From NCBI GenBank assembly GCA_048885925.1, contig JBHLLG010000001.1, positions 195,105 through 259,104 on the forward strand: a stretch of 64,000 nt of DNA, written 5' to 3'. Shown one piece after another: positions 30,160 through 39,747 of this stretch (positions within the stretch are counted from its first letter, which is position 1; each line of letters opens with the position of its first letter). Position numbers and translations under genes: made by a program. The DNA is from Candidatus Hermodarchaeota archaeon (GTDB lineage Archaea > Asgardarchaeota > Lokiarchaeia > Sigyniarchaeales > SOKP01). The notes beneath the pieces were generated by a model. The model made no database searches. It worked only from the letters and a program-made list of their open reading frames with translations, and was not told the origin of the DNA.

Positions 30160-31965
30160 TTAATTAATAGATTTTTTCTCAACAAAATTTTGTCCCAAAT
30201 CAATTATGCGAGTAAATAGGAGATAAGAAAATGGATAAAAGATAATCCATAGAAAAATTCCAATGACCTTGGTTTTTAGGATCTTTCTTTTTTTATTTAT
30301 TATTTTAGGAATTTTGTAATAAATAAGCTTCTTTTCATTTTTTTTTTCACTTATTATTCCTTTCCTATTAAAACCTTGTTGAAATTGATTTTTTTTTAGT
30401 GGTGATTTAAAATCCCTGTAGACCCATATAAACCAACCTGCAAAATATTCTTTCGAATTAATAGTTTTAATTGTATAATCTATGATATTTAATTGTTTTT
30501 CTTCACTGTATTTTATCTGTTTATTCCAATCTGCATGAAATCCATACTTTGCTCCTGCTCCAAATTCTGTATAAATCCAAGGTTTATTAAAAGCTGATGT
30601 TCTAATGATATCTAAAATTAAACTAATCATTTTTTCATGACCATAATACCAGCCAAAATATGTATTTATAGTCGCTACGTCAACGTATTTTCTTGTTAAA
30701 TCAGGTATCAATTTTCTTGAAACACATGTAATAATCCGAGTATCATCTAGCTGTCTTGCGAAATTGATTAACTTTTTAGTAAAGTTAGCACATTTTCTTT
30801 CATGTAAAGGAACTTCATTTCCTACACTCCACCAAATTACTGAGGGGTGATTTATATCGCGTTTAATAAGTTCTTTTAACATATTTTCTGCTGTATTATA
30901 AGTAAGAGTATTTTTAAAATCGCAGTGTTGATATACAGGAATCTCTTCAAGTATTAACATTCCTATTTTATCTGCTATAATAATTAAATCTTCATCATGA
31001 GGATAATGAGCTGTTCGAATAGAATTAAAACCAAGAGATTTGATGTTTTCAATATCTTCTTTTCGCTTCTCATATGGAATTGTTCTCCCATAGGGCATAC
31101 ATTCTTCATGTAAACTAATGCCTTTCATGTAGATTTTTTCTTTATTTAAATAAATATGAATTCCATTGATTTCAATTTGTCTTATGCCAAAATGAGTATG
31201 AAAAATTAAAGAATCTTCAGACTTAAGTGAACTATTATAAATTTTAAGAGAATATAGATAAGGAGTTTCTGGACTCCATAATTTAGGATTATAAACAACT
31301 AAAAAAAAACCTCCTTTTCTAGTCTTATCATGAGCAGTTCCTTCAAATAATATTTTTTCTTCTAAATTGTCCAATACCTGCCATTTTATTGATAGCTCTC
31401 CAATAATGTTATAGAAAACATCAACTATACTCTCTTGTCTTGTCTTTAATTTTGTTTTAATAGTAATATTTTCTATTCTATTTTTATTTAAAATTAATAT
31501 ATCTACATCTCGATAAATTCCCCCCCAGTTAAACCAATCGAACGAAAACCCTGGGATTCTATTTGATTTTCTTTCGTTATTAGTTCTAACAACCAGAAAG
31601 TTATTTTTTTCTTTAATTAGATCACTAATATCAAAATAAAAAGGTGTAAATCCCCCTTTATGTTGACCTAAATATTTTTCATTAAACCATACTTTTGTAT
31701 TGTAATTAGATCCCTTGAATCTAATTTTATAGTCAAATTTACTATTATCTCTCCTATAATTCAAGTCAAATTGATAGAAATGCCAAAAAGTACCTTCAAA
31801 AGTCTCAAATCCGTTAAGAAGGTTATAACTATGGGGGATTTCGATATCAATTAGATTATTATGACTTATATTGTAACCTTCTTGAAAAAACCATTTTTTT
31901 TGAATTCCTAAATCCGCAATATCAGGTTTACATTTCCATTTTCCGTTAAGAGAAATAGTTTTCAT
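30160..31965 (-). CDS. GH2 glycoside hydrolase, beta-glucuronidase-like, with C-terminal hydrophobic anchor
   Basis: Likely start MKTISLNGKW at 31965 (ORF track starts at 32040); 'RTAHYP', acid/base 'WSVGNE', nucleophile 'TEFG', 'NRKG' N-K motif typical of glucuronidases. Confidence 0.85.
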   Translation of the reverse strand: MKTISLNGKWKCKPDIADLGIQKKWFFQEGYNISHNNLIDIEIPHSYNLLNGFETFEGTFWHFYQFDLNYRRDNSKFDYKIRFKGSNYNTKVWFNEKYLGQHKGGFTPFYFDISDLIKEKNNFLVVRTNNERKSNRIPGFSFDWFNWGGIYRDVDILILNKNRIENITIKTKLKTRQESIVDVFYNIIGELSIKWQVLDNLEEKILFEGTAHDKTRKGGFFLVVYNPKLWSPETPYLYSLKIYNSSLKSEDSLIFHTHFGIRQIEINGIHIYLNKEKIYMKGISLHEECMPYGRTIPYEKRKEDIENIKSLGFNSIRTAHYPHDEDLIIIADKIGMLILEEIPVYQHCDFKNTLTYNTAENMLKELIKRDINHPSVIWWSVGNEVPLHERKCANFTKKLINFARQLDDTRIITCVSRKLIPDLTRKYVDVATINTYFGWYYGHEKMISLILDIIRTSAFNKPWIYTEFGAGAKYGFHADWNKQIKYSEEKQLNIIDYTIKTINSKEYFAGWFIWVYRDFKSPLKKNQFQQGFNRKGIISEKKNEKKLIYYKIPKIINKKRKILKTKVIGIFLWIIFYPFSYLLFTRIIDLGQNFVEKKSIN

Positions 31966-32221
31966 CAAATTTTTCCGTAGTTTTGAATTAAATCTATGAT
32001 TTACAATTTGGAATTTGTTATTTCTTACTAAATTTATCATTTATTTTAAATTCTGCTTCAGTTTTTACAAATTTATAAATTTACAAAAATTGCATTTAGG
32101 GGGTTATTATTCATCGTTTAAGATGATCTGATCTTAAAGTTTAAAAATAAGGAAGACGGAATAATAATTAATATACATAATTTATATTAATCATATTTAA
32201 ACAATATTGGAGGAATGAAAA

Positions 32222-32425
32222 ATGGCTAAAAAAGCAGCTGGTGGTGTTGAGGCTCTTTTTGTAAAAAGCAAAGTTCGAGACTATATTAAAAGTAAAGGAT
32301 GCAATACAAGTGGGGATCTAATTGACGGTCCAGCACTTAACGATGCAATTATTAACGTTCTCGACAAAGCGATTGCAAGGGCTAAAGCCAACAACAGAAA
32401 GACTGTTCAGGAAAAAGATTTGTAA
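32222..32425 (+). CDS. small prokaryotic histone lacking alpha3 (bacterial-dimer/face-to-face type)
   Basis: 'LFVKSKVRDYIK', 'NTS', 'KAIARAKANNRKTVQEKDL' with RxTxxxxD ending the protein; GGAGG Shine-Dalgarno; T-tract downstream. Confidence 0.8.
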   Translation: MAKKAAGGVEALFVKSKVRDYIKSKGCNTSGDLIDGPALNDAIINVLDKAIARAKANNRKTVQEKDL

Positions 32426-32675
32426 TCTTTTTTAAAAGTATAAATATTTTTTTTTCGTATTATTTACTTCTTTTTATCTTTTTAAAATTTTTTAAGGAAA
32501 ATTAATAATTCGGTAGTCTATTGAAGTTTAAATCAACAAAAGTAGATTATGCAATTAACACACTCAACCCACAAAAATAAAGAATAAATATTCCAAACCT
32601 AATCGCCTTATGCCTTATCCTTTTTCTTAGAATGAAAAGGAATATTTTATTCTTATTTACTTTTTTCTCAAATTC

Positions 32676-33206
32676 TCATTTTTTTACATTTTGAGCGATT
32701 TCTTTGTCAATAATGAAAAATCCAATGGATAAGATACTTTTTAATCTTTGGAGGTCATCTTTAAGCTTTTTAACCCGTTTAAATGGACCTGATACAGCAA
32801 TTATTTCTAAGCATTTTTCATATTCCAAGTGAACATGCATAGTAGATATGATAATATCATGAAAATGATGCTGAATGTCATTTTTTAAGATTTCATCTGT
32901 TTGTTGAACATTTGCATATATAGATCTTGAAGAATAATCATGATCATGAACAGCGTCATGTAGATTTTCATGAGTATGTTTTTGATTTATATCTACGTGT
33001 TCATGAGCCATCATTATTGTTATGCATCCAACAACATTTTCGGATACTACCGATATATTTTCTTCTTGTATTATAAATAGGTGCATAGATTTCCGGATGG
33101 CATCAGATCTTGAAATTCCTAACTTATTTCTAAATTCCTCAAATTTAGAGTATAAATCTTGAGGAAGAGAAATTGTAAAACGTTTATATTCTTCCATTTT
33201 AGGCAA
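32676..33206 (-). CDS. nikR: nickel-responsive regulator NikR
   Basis: RHH 'RFTISLP...SRSDAIR'; C-domain 'QHHF...STMHVHL...CLEIIAVSG'; His-rich insert. Confidence 0.88.
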   Translation of the reverse strand: MPKMEEYKRFTISLPQDLYSKFEEFRNKLGISRSDAIRKSMHLFIIQEENISVVSENVVGCITIMMAHEHVDINQKHTHENLHDAVHDHDYSSRSIYANVQQTDEILKNDIQHHFHDIIISTMHVHLEYEKCLEIIAVSGPFKRVKKLKDDLQRLKSILSIGFFIIDKEIAQNVKK

Positions 33207-33239
33207 CTAAATATATAAAATTAAAGTGAAATGAAAATA

Positions 33240-33974
33240 TTATTTCTTAATTAAAATAGCGATGGGCACACTAGCTTGTCTCCATTGTGCGATCTTTCCG
33301 CTAAATGTCAAGTCTAATTTTACTCGTCCATGATCACCAATAATTATCATTAATGAATTTGGTCTTAATTGTTTATAATTGCTCAAGATCCATTTATCAG
33401 TCCTATTAATTAATTTTTCAATTAAATCCTCCGGCGTTCGTTGTCGTAATTGCTGTTGTTGCTTATGCAAATTCTCAAAGTCTAGATAGTGCATCCATGA
33501 AAGATCGTGAGTATTAATAGCTTTTGCTGATTCAACCCAGGTACTCATGTCTGTGTCTTTAGGAATAGATTTCGTACCCCCATCATATCTATCTAAATCT
33601 TTTTTTCTTCCAATAAAACAAGATGTTTTACCAGCATCATTTATGGCTTTTAATAGATGGAACCCATTAGGATCAACTTCAAAACCACCAAATAGTAATT
33701 GGTGTAATACTCCTAAAGTATAAGGATTTTTAGTACTCAGTAAAGCCATAAGTTCTGAATTCGTTATCATAAAAGAGGGTTTAAAAAAAGTTATTTCAAA
33801 TAGACCGAAATTATCAATTAGGTTTATACTTATACGTTCAATACCCTCATATTGCTCTATTATTTGTTGAACTGGTTCTGGAATTGTATTAACAGGAGGA
33901 TCAATATTAAGTAATTTTAATATAGTTGCTGGTAATTGATTCATATAGCATTTAAGTGTTTGTAGTTCGCTCAT
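33240..33974 (-). CDS. alkaline-phosphatase-superfamily-like hypothetical protein
   Basis: 'LIDNFG', 'YLDFE..H', 'IIGDHG' match the AlkP/PglZ-type core motifs, partly degenerate. Confidence 0.5.
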   Translation of the reverse strand: MSELQTLKCYMNQLPATILKLLNIDPPVNTIPEPVQQIIEQYEGIERISINLIDNFGLFEITFFKPSFMITNSELMALLSTKNPYTLGVLHQLLFGGFEVDPNGFHLLKAINDAGKTSCFIGRKKDLDRYDGGTKSIPKDTDMSTWVESAKAINTHDLSWMHYLDFENLHKQQQQLRQRTPEDLIEKLINRTDKWILSNYKQLRPNSLMIIIGDHGRVKLDLTFSGKIAQWRQASVPIAILIKK

Positions 33975-34094
33975 AATTGTGCCCTAAACTTGAAATGGTT
34001 AATTATTTTATGATAATTCTTAATATTATAATAATGATTATTATTAATATTAGTTTTCTTATGATTATTGGATTATTAATCGGAAAAATTTGTA

Positions 34095-35378
34095 ATGAGA
34101 ATATTATATATTGATCTAAATAATTCTGGAATTTCAGGAGATATGTTTTTAGCATCTCTTTTAGGGTTAATTCCGGAACCAAATAAAATTTTAACGCAAT
34201 TACAAAACTTAAAAAATTTTCTATCTAACATTTCAAAATTAGATATTGAATTAATTAGTACCGAGTTTACGGGAATACAGTTAAAAAAGTTAAAAATAGA
34301 AATAAAAGAAACAAAAAATAATAGAACTGCAAAAACTTTGGAGAAATCATTAAATGATTTTTTAGCAACCTGCCAAATTTCTGATCTGGCAAAAAATTAT
34401 GCAAATAAGGTTTTAAAATCTCTAATTCAAGCTGAAATTGAGGTTCATGGAGATTTAAGTAAAAATATACATTTACATGAACTTAGTTCTGTTGATACTT
34501 TAATTGATATAATAGGTACTGCTATTGTTCTTGATATGATCCATGGTTTTGATAAAAATTTACGAATATTTTGTAGTAAAATCCCTCTTGGTGGCGGTAA
34601 GGTTAACATAAAACATGGTTCATTAGCCGTCCCCGCCCCTGCTACTCTAAAGATTCTGGAAAAATCAAATTTAATTACTTTTGGAGGTCCAATCGATTCT
34701 GAACTCGTTACTCCAACTGGAGCGGCTCTACTCGCTAATCTTGAACTAGAAGTGGTTCAATTTCCTCCTGAAATGAAGATTTTGAAATCTGTTTATAGTA
34801 CTGGTCAAAAGAAATTTAAAAATTTTTTGAATATTTTAAGAATATTATATGGTGAATATAAGAATTTGAATTATATTGATTCAAATCATGTTTTACAAAA
34901 ATATATTCAACAAATTTCTATCTTGGAGACTGATGTTGATGATATATCAGGAGAAATTCTTGGAAATTTTATTAAAGAATTAGAAAAAGAGGAAATATTA
35001 GACATTCAAATTTGTCCAAGTATCACTAAAAAAAATCGGCCAGGATATGTAATAAAAGTTCTTTGCTTTCCAGAATATACATTCCAATTAATAGAAAAAA
35101 TAATGCTTGAATTAGGAACTTTAGGAGTAAGATTTAATATAATTGACCGAGTTTGTATTGATAGAAAGATTAAAAAGACAAATATCACCATATATGAAAA
35201 AGTCTATGAAATAAACTACAAAATTTCTTTTATTAGATCAGAAAAGGGAACAAAAATCGTTAACATCAAACCTGAGTACGAGGATTTAAAAAAAATAAGT
35301 GAAGAAACAGGCTTAACTGTTAAAATGGTTCAGATTATAGCACAAAAAGAAATAAATAAAAACTATAATCAACTTTGA
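34095..35378 (+). CDS. larC: nickel pincer cofactor biosynthesis protein LarC (nickel insertase)
   Basis: 'GISGDMFL', 'AEIEVHG', 'HLHEL', 'PAPATL', 'ELVTPTGAA', 'ETDVDD..GE', 'KKNRPG', 'KPEYED'. Confidence 0.93.
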   Translation: MRILYIDLNNSGISGDMFLASLLGLIPEPNKILTQLQNLKNFLSNISKLDIELISTEFTGIQLKKLKIEIKETKNNRTAKTLEKSLNDFLATCQISDLAKNYANKVLKSLIQAEIEVHGDLSKNIHLHELSSVDTLIDIIGTAIVLDMIHGFDKNLRIFCSKIPLGGGKVNIKHGSLAVPAPATLKILEKSNLITFGGPIDSELVTPTGAALLANLELEVVQFPPEMKILKSVYSTGQKKFKNFLNILRILYGEYKNLNYIDSNHVLQKYIQQISILETDVDDISGEILGNFIKELEKEEILDIQICPSITKKNRPGYVIKVLCFPEYTFQLIEKIMLELGTLGVRFNIIDRVCIDRKIKKTNITIYEKVYEINYKISFIRSEKGTKIVNIKPEYEDLKKISEETGLTVKMVQIIAQKEINKNYNQL

Positions 35379-35456
35379 AAAATCCTGAATATTTATTTAA
35401 AAACTATAAATAGAAAAAAAAGTGAGTTTAAAAATAAGATTCAAATGAATAAATTT

Positions 35457-35999
35457 TTAATATTTATCAATATGAAACTTATTCATGTAATACTCATCTT
35501 CAACCATTTCTTTTGAAAATTCTTTTATTCTCGCAATTTCTTTAATAATTTCCTTGACTTTTCTTAATTTACCCAATTCTCGGAATAGTTCAGATGCTTC
35601 TTGAAATGTCTCAATAGTTTTATCAAAATTCCCAGATACCTCCATATCTTCAGCAAGATACACTAAACCTTCAGCGGTATCTAATTTCTTACCTAATCGT
35701 TTTTGAATTTTTAAGGATTGATAATGATATTTCATACTTTCAGGGTATTGCTTAAAGATTGAATAAGTTCTTCCTAATGCTCTTAAAACTAATGCCTCTT
35801 CTTCAGGTAAATTATTTTCTCTGCAATGATTTAAAATTGATTCTAGAAATTGAATATATTCAGATTTATTTCGAATTTGCGATCTATCAATGCGTTCCAT
35901 TGCTTTTTCATAGTTTTCTAAAGTGTTAAGGATATCTCCACTCTCAAAAAACTTTTTAGATTTCTCAAAAAGTTCAGTATGATCAATAGATGCGACCAT
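35457..35999 (-). CDS. tetratricopeptide repeat protein
   Basis: TPR-like helices 'ALVLRALGRTY...ESMKYHYQSLKI' and 'AEGLVYLAE...G.FDKTIE.FQEA..LF'. Confidence 0.75.
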   Translation of the reverse strand: MVASIDHTELFEKSKKFFESGDILNTLENYEKAMERIDRSQIRNKSEYIQFLESILNHCRENNLPEEEALVLRALGRTYSIFKQYPESMKYHYQSLKIQKRLGKKLDTAEGLVYLAEDMEVSGNFDKTIETFQEASELFRELGKLRKVKEIIKEIARIKEFSKEMVEDEYYMNKFHIDKY

Positions 36000-36294
36000 C
36001 TGGGTCTCAACTACTTATTCTTAAAATTTTTTTTTAGATTTTATTAATTGAAAAATAAGTTCAATATTAATTATATTAAATTACCTATTTATACTTATCC
36101 TTCTTAAATTATATGTTTCTTTTACTCCTTAATCTTTCATGTAAACGGAGTATAAAGTCTATTAGTAAAATCTTTTAGGGATTTTATAAAGAAGGAGATT
36201 GTGGATTTACTAAAGCCTATATCTATTTAAATAAATAAAAGTAGATCTGTTATTTTAAACAATTTTAAGAAATAAAAAAAAATTGAGAATTAAA

Positions 36295-36960
36295 TTAAAA
36301 GTTAATAATTCCTGCGATACCTAATGGTAAAAAAATGCATAAGAGTAGAAATCCAATAGCATATATTATACCTACTACTTTAACTTTTGACTTTCTTTCA
36401 GGTAAATCGTACACATAGAATGCTCCTACAAAAAAATGAAAATACCCTATTAAAAAGATAAGAACTGGATTATACCAATGCCACCAGACGTATTCCCAGA
36501 TTAAATATCCACCCCAATTTAAGAAAATTTCTACTATTACACAAAAGAGGGCAAATCCAATTGCCATTGCCCATCGGTTAGGAAGTCCAAAAATTTTTTT
36601 ATTTTTATCATCTGGTAAAAATTTAGCAAAGATTATTCCTGCAATAGAAAACATAAAAGCAATTTCAATATTCCATCCTATTAAGATAATATAAGCACTT
36701 GCTCCAGGAGTAGTCCAAAAGGCTGAGAAATCAGTAAAAACAAAAACGAGTCCGTTCCAAATCTCATTTATTAAATCTAATCCTAATATAGTCAAACCCG
36801 CAAATATTGTGCCCCAATTTCCCGTCTCTCTCGCTTTTTTGATCTCAACACCATAAATATATAATACTATCGCAAGTAGGGTAATAATATACCATCCATT
36901 TTCCGAATTCAGTTCTCGAAGTTTATCTAATGCTTCTAAAGAAGCTGGTGTTGGCGCCAT
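36295..36960 (-). CDS. polytopic membrane protein of unknown function
   Basis: About 6 hydrophobic helices; intramembrane polar motifs 'DLINEIWN', 'GWNIEI', 'VEI.LN'. Confidence 0.7.
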   Translation of the reverse strand: MAPTPASLEALDKLRELNSENGWYIITLLAIVLYIYGVEIKKARETGNWGTIFAGLTILGLDLINEIWNGLVFVFTDFSAFWTTPGASAYIILIGWNIEIAFMFSIAGIIFAKFLPDDKNKKIFGLPNRWAMAIGFALFCVIVEIFLNWGGYLIWEYVWWHWYNPVLIFLIGYFHFFVGAFYVYDLPERKSKVKVVGIIYAIGFLLLCIFLPLGIAGIINF

Positions 36961-37127
36961 AATTTACACTTTTTTAAAAATTTATTTTTGTATATTATTT
37001 AAAAAAAGTTTAAACTCGAAAGTTTATATAATTTTTCCACTTAATCTTCATCAGAAATTAAAATATATGATTTCAATTTTTATAATAAAGTTCAAATTTA
37101 TGAATTAGCTCAAATTTTTATTCAGAA

Positions 37128-37907
37128 TTATTCTGCAATTTTGTTTGCAATAATTGCTGCTGAAGCACCTGCTCCAAATCCATTATCAATATTTACAACT
37201 AATAATCCAGGAGAACATGATTGTAACATAGTAATAAGTGCACCTTTTCCCTTTTCACCAATACCATATCCGCTTGATATAGGAATTCCTATTACAGGCA
37301 CATCTACAAGCGCAGCTACAACCCCGGGTAATGTTCCTTCCATACCCGCACAAACAATTATTACGTGGACTCCCTTCTTTATCATATCGCTCAATGGAGT
37401 AAAAATTCTATGTAAACCGGCAATTCCTACATCATAACTCGAAATTACTTCGCAACCCATTGATTTAGCAATTATTTGTGCTTCAGTTGCAATAGGTATA
37501 TCCGAACTACCAGCTGTAATAATCCCTATAATCCCTCCTTTTTTAGGAAAACTGTAATTATGATTTTTAATAACAATAATTTTGCCTAATTCATTTATTT
37601 CGATGATATAATCTTTGCTATTACCAAATTTTTCAAATAAATTTCTTTTTTGTTCATCATTATAACGAGAAATTATAGCAAAATTTTTACTTTTAAGGAA
37701 GCCAGAAGTTATATCCGTCAACATTGTAGGATCTTTATTCTGAGCAAAAATTACTTCTGGTACTCCTGTCCTTGTTTTGCGAAAGATATCAAGTTTTGCT
37801 ACATCTCCAATTTCTTCAATAATATTCACTTTTAATAATTTTTCAGCATCTTCTAAAGATATTTTTTTATCAATTAATTTGAGAAGGATGTCTCTTATTT
37901 CACTCAT
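37128..37907 (-). CDS. larB: nickel pincer cofactor biosynthesis protein LarB (PurE-like)
   Basis: 'RTGVPEVIF', 'AGSSDIPIA.EA', 'DVGIAGLHR', 'AGMEGTLP', 'VVNIDNGFGA'. Confidence 0.93.
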   Translation of the reverse strand: MSEIRDILLKLIDKKISLEDAEKLLKVNIIEEIGDVAKLDIFRKTRTGVPEVIFAQNKDPTMLTDITSGFLKSKNFAIISRYNDEQKRNLFEKFGNSKDYIIEINELGKIIVIKNHNYSFPKKGGIIGIITAGSSDIPIATEAQIIAKSMGCEVISSYDVGIAGLHRIFTPLSDMIKKGVHVIIVCAGMEGTLPGVVAALVDVPVIGIPISSGYGIGEKGKGALITMLQSCSPGLLVVNIDNGFGAGASAAIIANKIAE

Positions 37908-38063
37908 TTAAAATCCCAATTTTTTAGATGTCCTTGTATAAATTTCATTAAAAATACATGAATTTTGTATTTTACTATTATTTCAAAAAAGATAATAACT
38001 ACTTAAAATAATAATAAATTACTAAATTATCAAATATTAATCCTAATCAAAAGTGAAGAACTT

Positions 38064-39287
38064 ATGAAAATTGATTATACATCTTATCAAGATGTGAAAT
38101 TAAAAGGAAAAAAAATTTTGATGCGAGTTGATATTAACTCGAATATTGACACAGAAAAAATGGAGATCAGAGACTCTCCGAGAATTCGAGCTCTTGTTCC
38201 TGCTTTAAATGAATATTTTAGAAAAAGTGCAGTAATCATTTTAGCACATCAATCTCGCCCTGGAGATAAAGATTTTACAGATTTAGATATACATGCGAAA
38301 GAGATTCAAAAACATTTAGGGCGACCTGTAAAATTTGTAAAAGATATTTTTGGAGAAAAAGCGATTCAAGCAATTAAAGATCTTAAACCAGGTGAAGTTT
38401 TAGTTCTCGATAATGTTCGAAAATTTGAAGGAGAAATGATAGATTATAAAGATTTTTCTGAAGCAGAAAAAACTAAAATGATACAAACCCTTTATCCTTT
38501 AGTTGATTATGTTATTGTTGATGCCTTTGGAGCTGCTCATCGAGCTCATGCATCCATTGTTGGATGGCCAAAAATGATGGCTGGACCCATAACTGATGCA
38601 GAATTATATGCGTTAAAAAAAATAATGCAAGAACCAGATAAACCTATGGCGATGTTAATAGGGGGAGCAAAAGCTATAGACAAGTTCAAAGCTATGAAAT
38701 ATAATTTTGATAATGAAAAGTTAGATTACGCTTTATGTTCAGGATTAACAGCAATTTTGATCTTTGAAGCCTTAGGCAAAAACATGGGAGAACCAAACCA
38801 TAAAATAATAGCTGAAGATTTAGAAAAAAATTTAACTATGATAAAAGAAACATACGCAAAATACAAAGATAAAATTATTCTACCGGAAGATTTAATTATT
38901 GAGGATAATGGTAATAGAAAAACAATTGGAATCGATGAAGCGGGTACTTATAATACAACAACGGGAGATATTGGTGAAAAGACAGTACAGAAATTCAATG
39001 AAATTCTGATGAAATGTAAAACAATTGTTGCAAATGGTCCTCCTGGCATATTTGAAAAAGAAGTATTTAGAAAAGCTACAAATGAAATTGTAGATACTAT
39101 GGTAGCTGCTACAAAGAAAAATAAAGCTCTCACGATTATAGGCGGTGGAGAAATGGGAGCTGCAGCTTCAATGGCAGGTAAAGCTGATGATGTTTCTTTT
39201 ATTTCAACTGCTGGTGGAGCAATGTTAGAAATCCTTTCTGGAAAAGATTTGCCAATGATAAGAGCATTGAGAGAGAAAAAAGCTTAA
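38064..39287 (+). CDS. pgk: phosphoglycerate kinase (archaeal type)
   Basis: 'RVDIN', 'AHQSRPG', 'DNVRK', 'DAFGAAHRAHAS', 'GGAK', 'NGPPG', 'ISTAGGA'. Confidence 0.95.
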   Translation: MKIDYTSYQDVKLKGKKILMRVDINSNIDTEKMEIRDSPRIRALVPALNEYFRKSAVIILAHQSRPGDKDFTDLDIHAKEIQKHLGRPVKFVKDIFGEKAIQAIKDLKPGEVLVLDNVRKFEGEMIDYKDFSEAEKTKMIQTLYPLVDYVIVDAFGAAHRAHASIVGWPKMMAGPITDAELYALKKIMQEPDKPMAMLIGGAKAIDKFKAMKYNFDNEKLDYALCSGLTAILIFEALGKNMGEPNHKIIAEDLEKNLTMIKETYAKYKDKIILPEDLIIEDNGNRKTIGIDEAGTYNTTTGDIGEKTVQKFNEILMKCKTIVANGPPGIFEKEVFRKATNEIVDTMVAATKKNKALTIIGGGEMGAAASMAGKADDVSFISTAGGAMLEILSGKDLPMIRALREKKA

Positions 39288-39591
39288 AATAATTAATTTT
39301 TATTTTTTTGTCCTATTCTTTATAAAATATTAATTTTTCTTATCTTTTCTTGGAATATTCCAATTCTACCTAATCTTTTTTTTTATATTTTTATAAGAAA
39401 TTAGAAGAATAGCTTTTTTGATTAAATGTGCTTTCTAAAGTAATTTTATTAAATGATCTGAGATTTAAAGATCTAAATTTAAAGTATTGAAAATAAATGA
39501 TTTACAGTATTTCGCAAGTGGACTAATAAAATATTTATTTTTAATACCACAAATTAATACAACAAAGTTTCAATTTTCGAAAAATTGAAAT

Positions 39592-39712
39592 GGGCCCGTG
39601 GTCTAGAGGGAACTCATTTCCTGAGATTCTCGGAGAACTCGGTAAGTATCTAACCCGAAATGACGTCCGCTTGACGTGCGGAAGGTCGTGCGTTCAAATC
39701 GCGCCGGGCCCA
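39592..39712 (+). tRNA. tRNA-Val(GAC) with a ~47-nt intron in the D-loop
   Basis: Acceptor GGGCCCG/CGGGCCC plus discriminator A; D-stem GTCT...TGAC; anticodon arm TCCGC-TTGACGT-GCGGA; T-arm GTGCG-TTCAAAT-CGCGC; insert at about 39613-39659; no encoded CCA. Confidence 0.9.
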
Positions 39713-39747
39713 TCCATTTATTATAAAAATTTGATTATAAGAAAAAG

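Noticed and set aside
32500-32640. Possible small hydrophobic ORF or hairpin between the histone gene and nikR
   Set aside because: No start codon or ribosome-binding site for the short minus-strand frame; the weak stem fits an ordinary convergent terminator region
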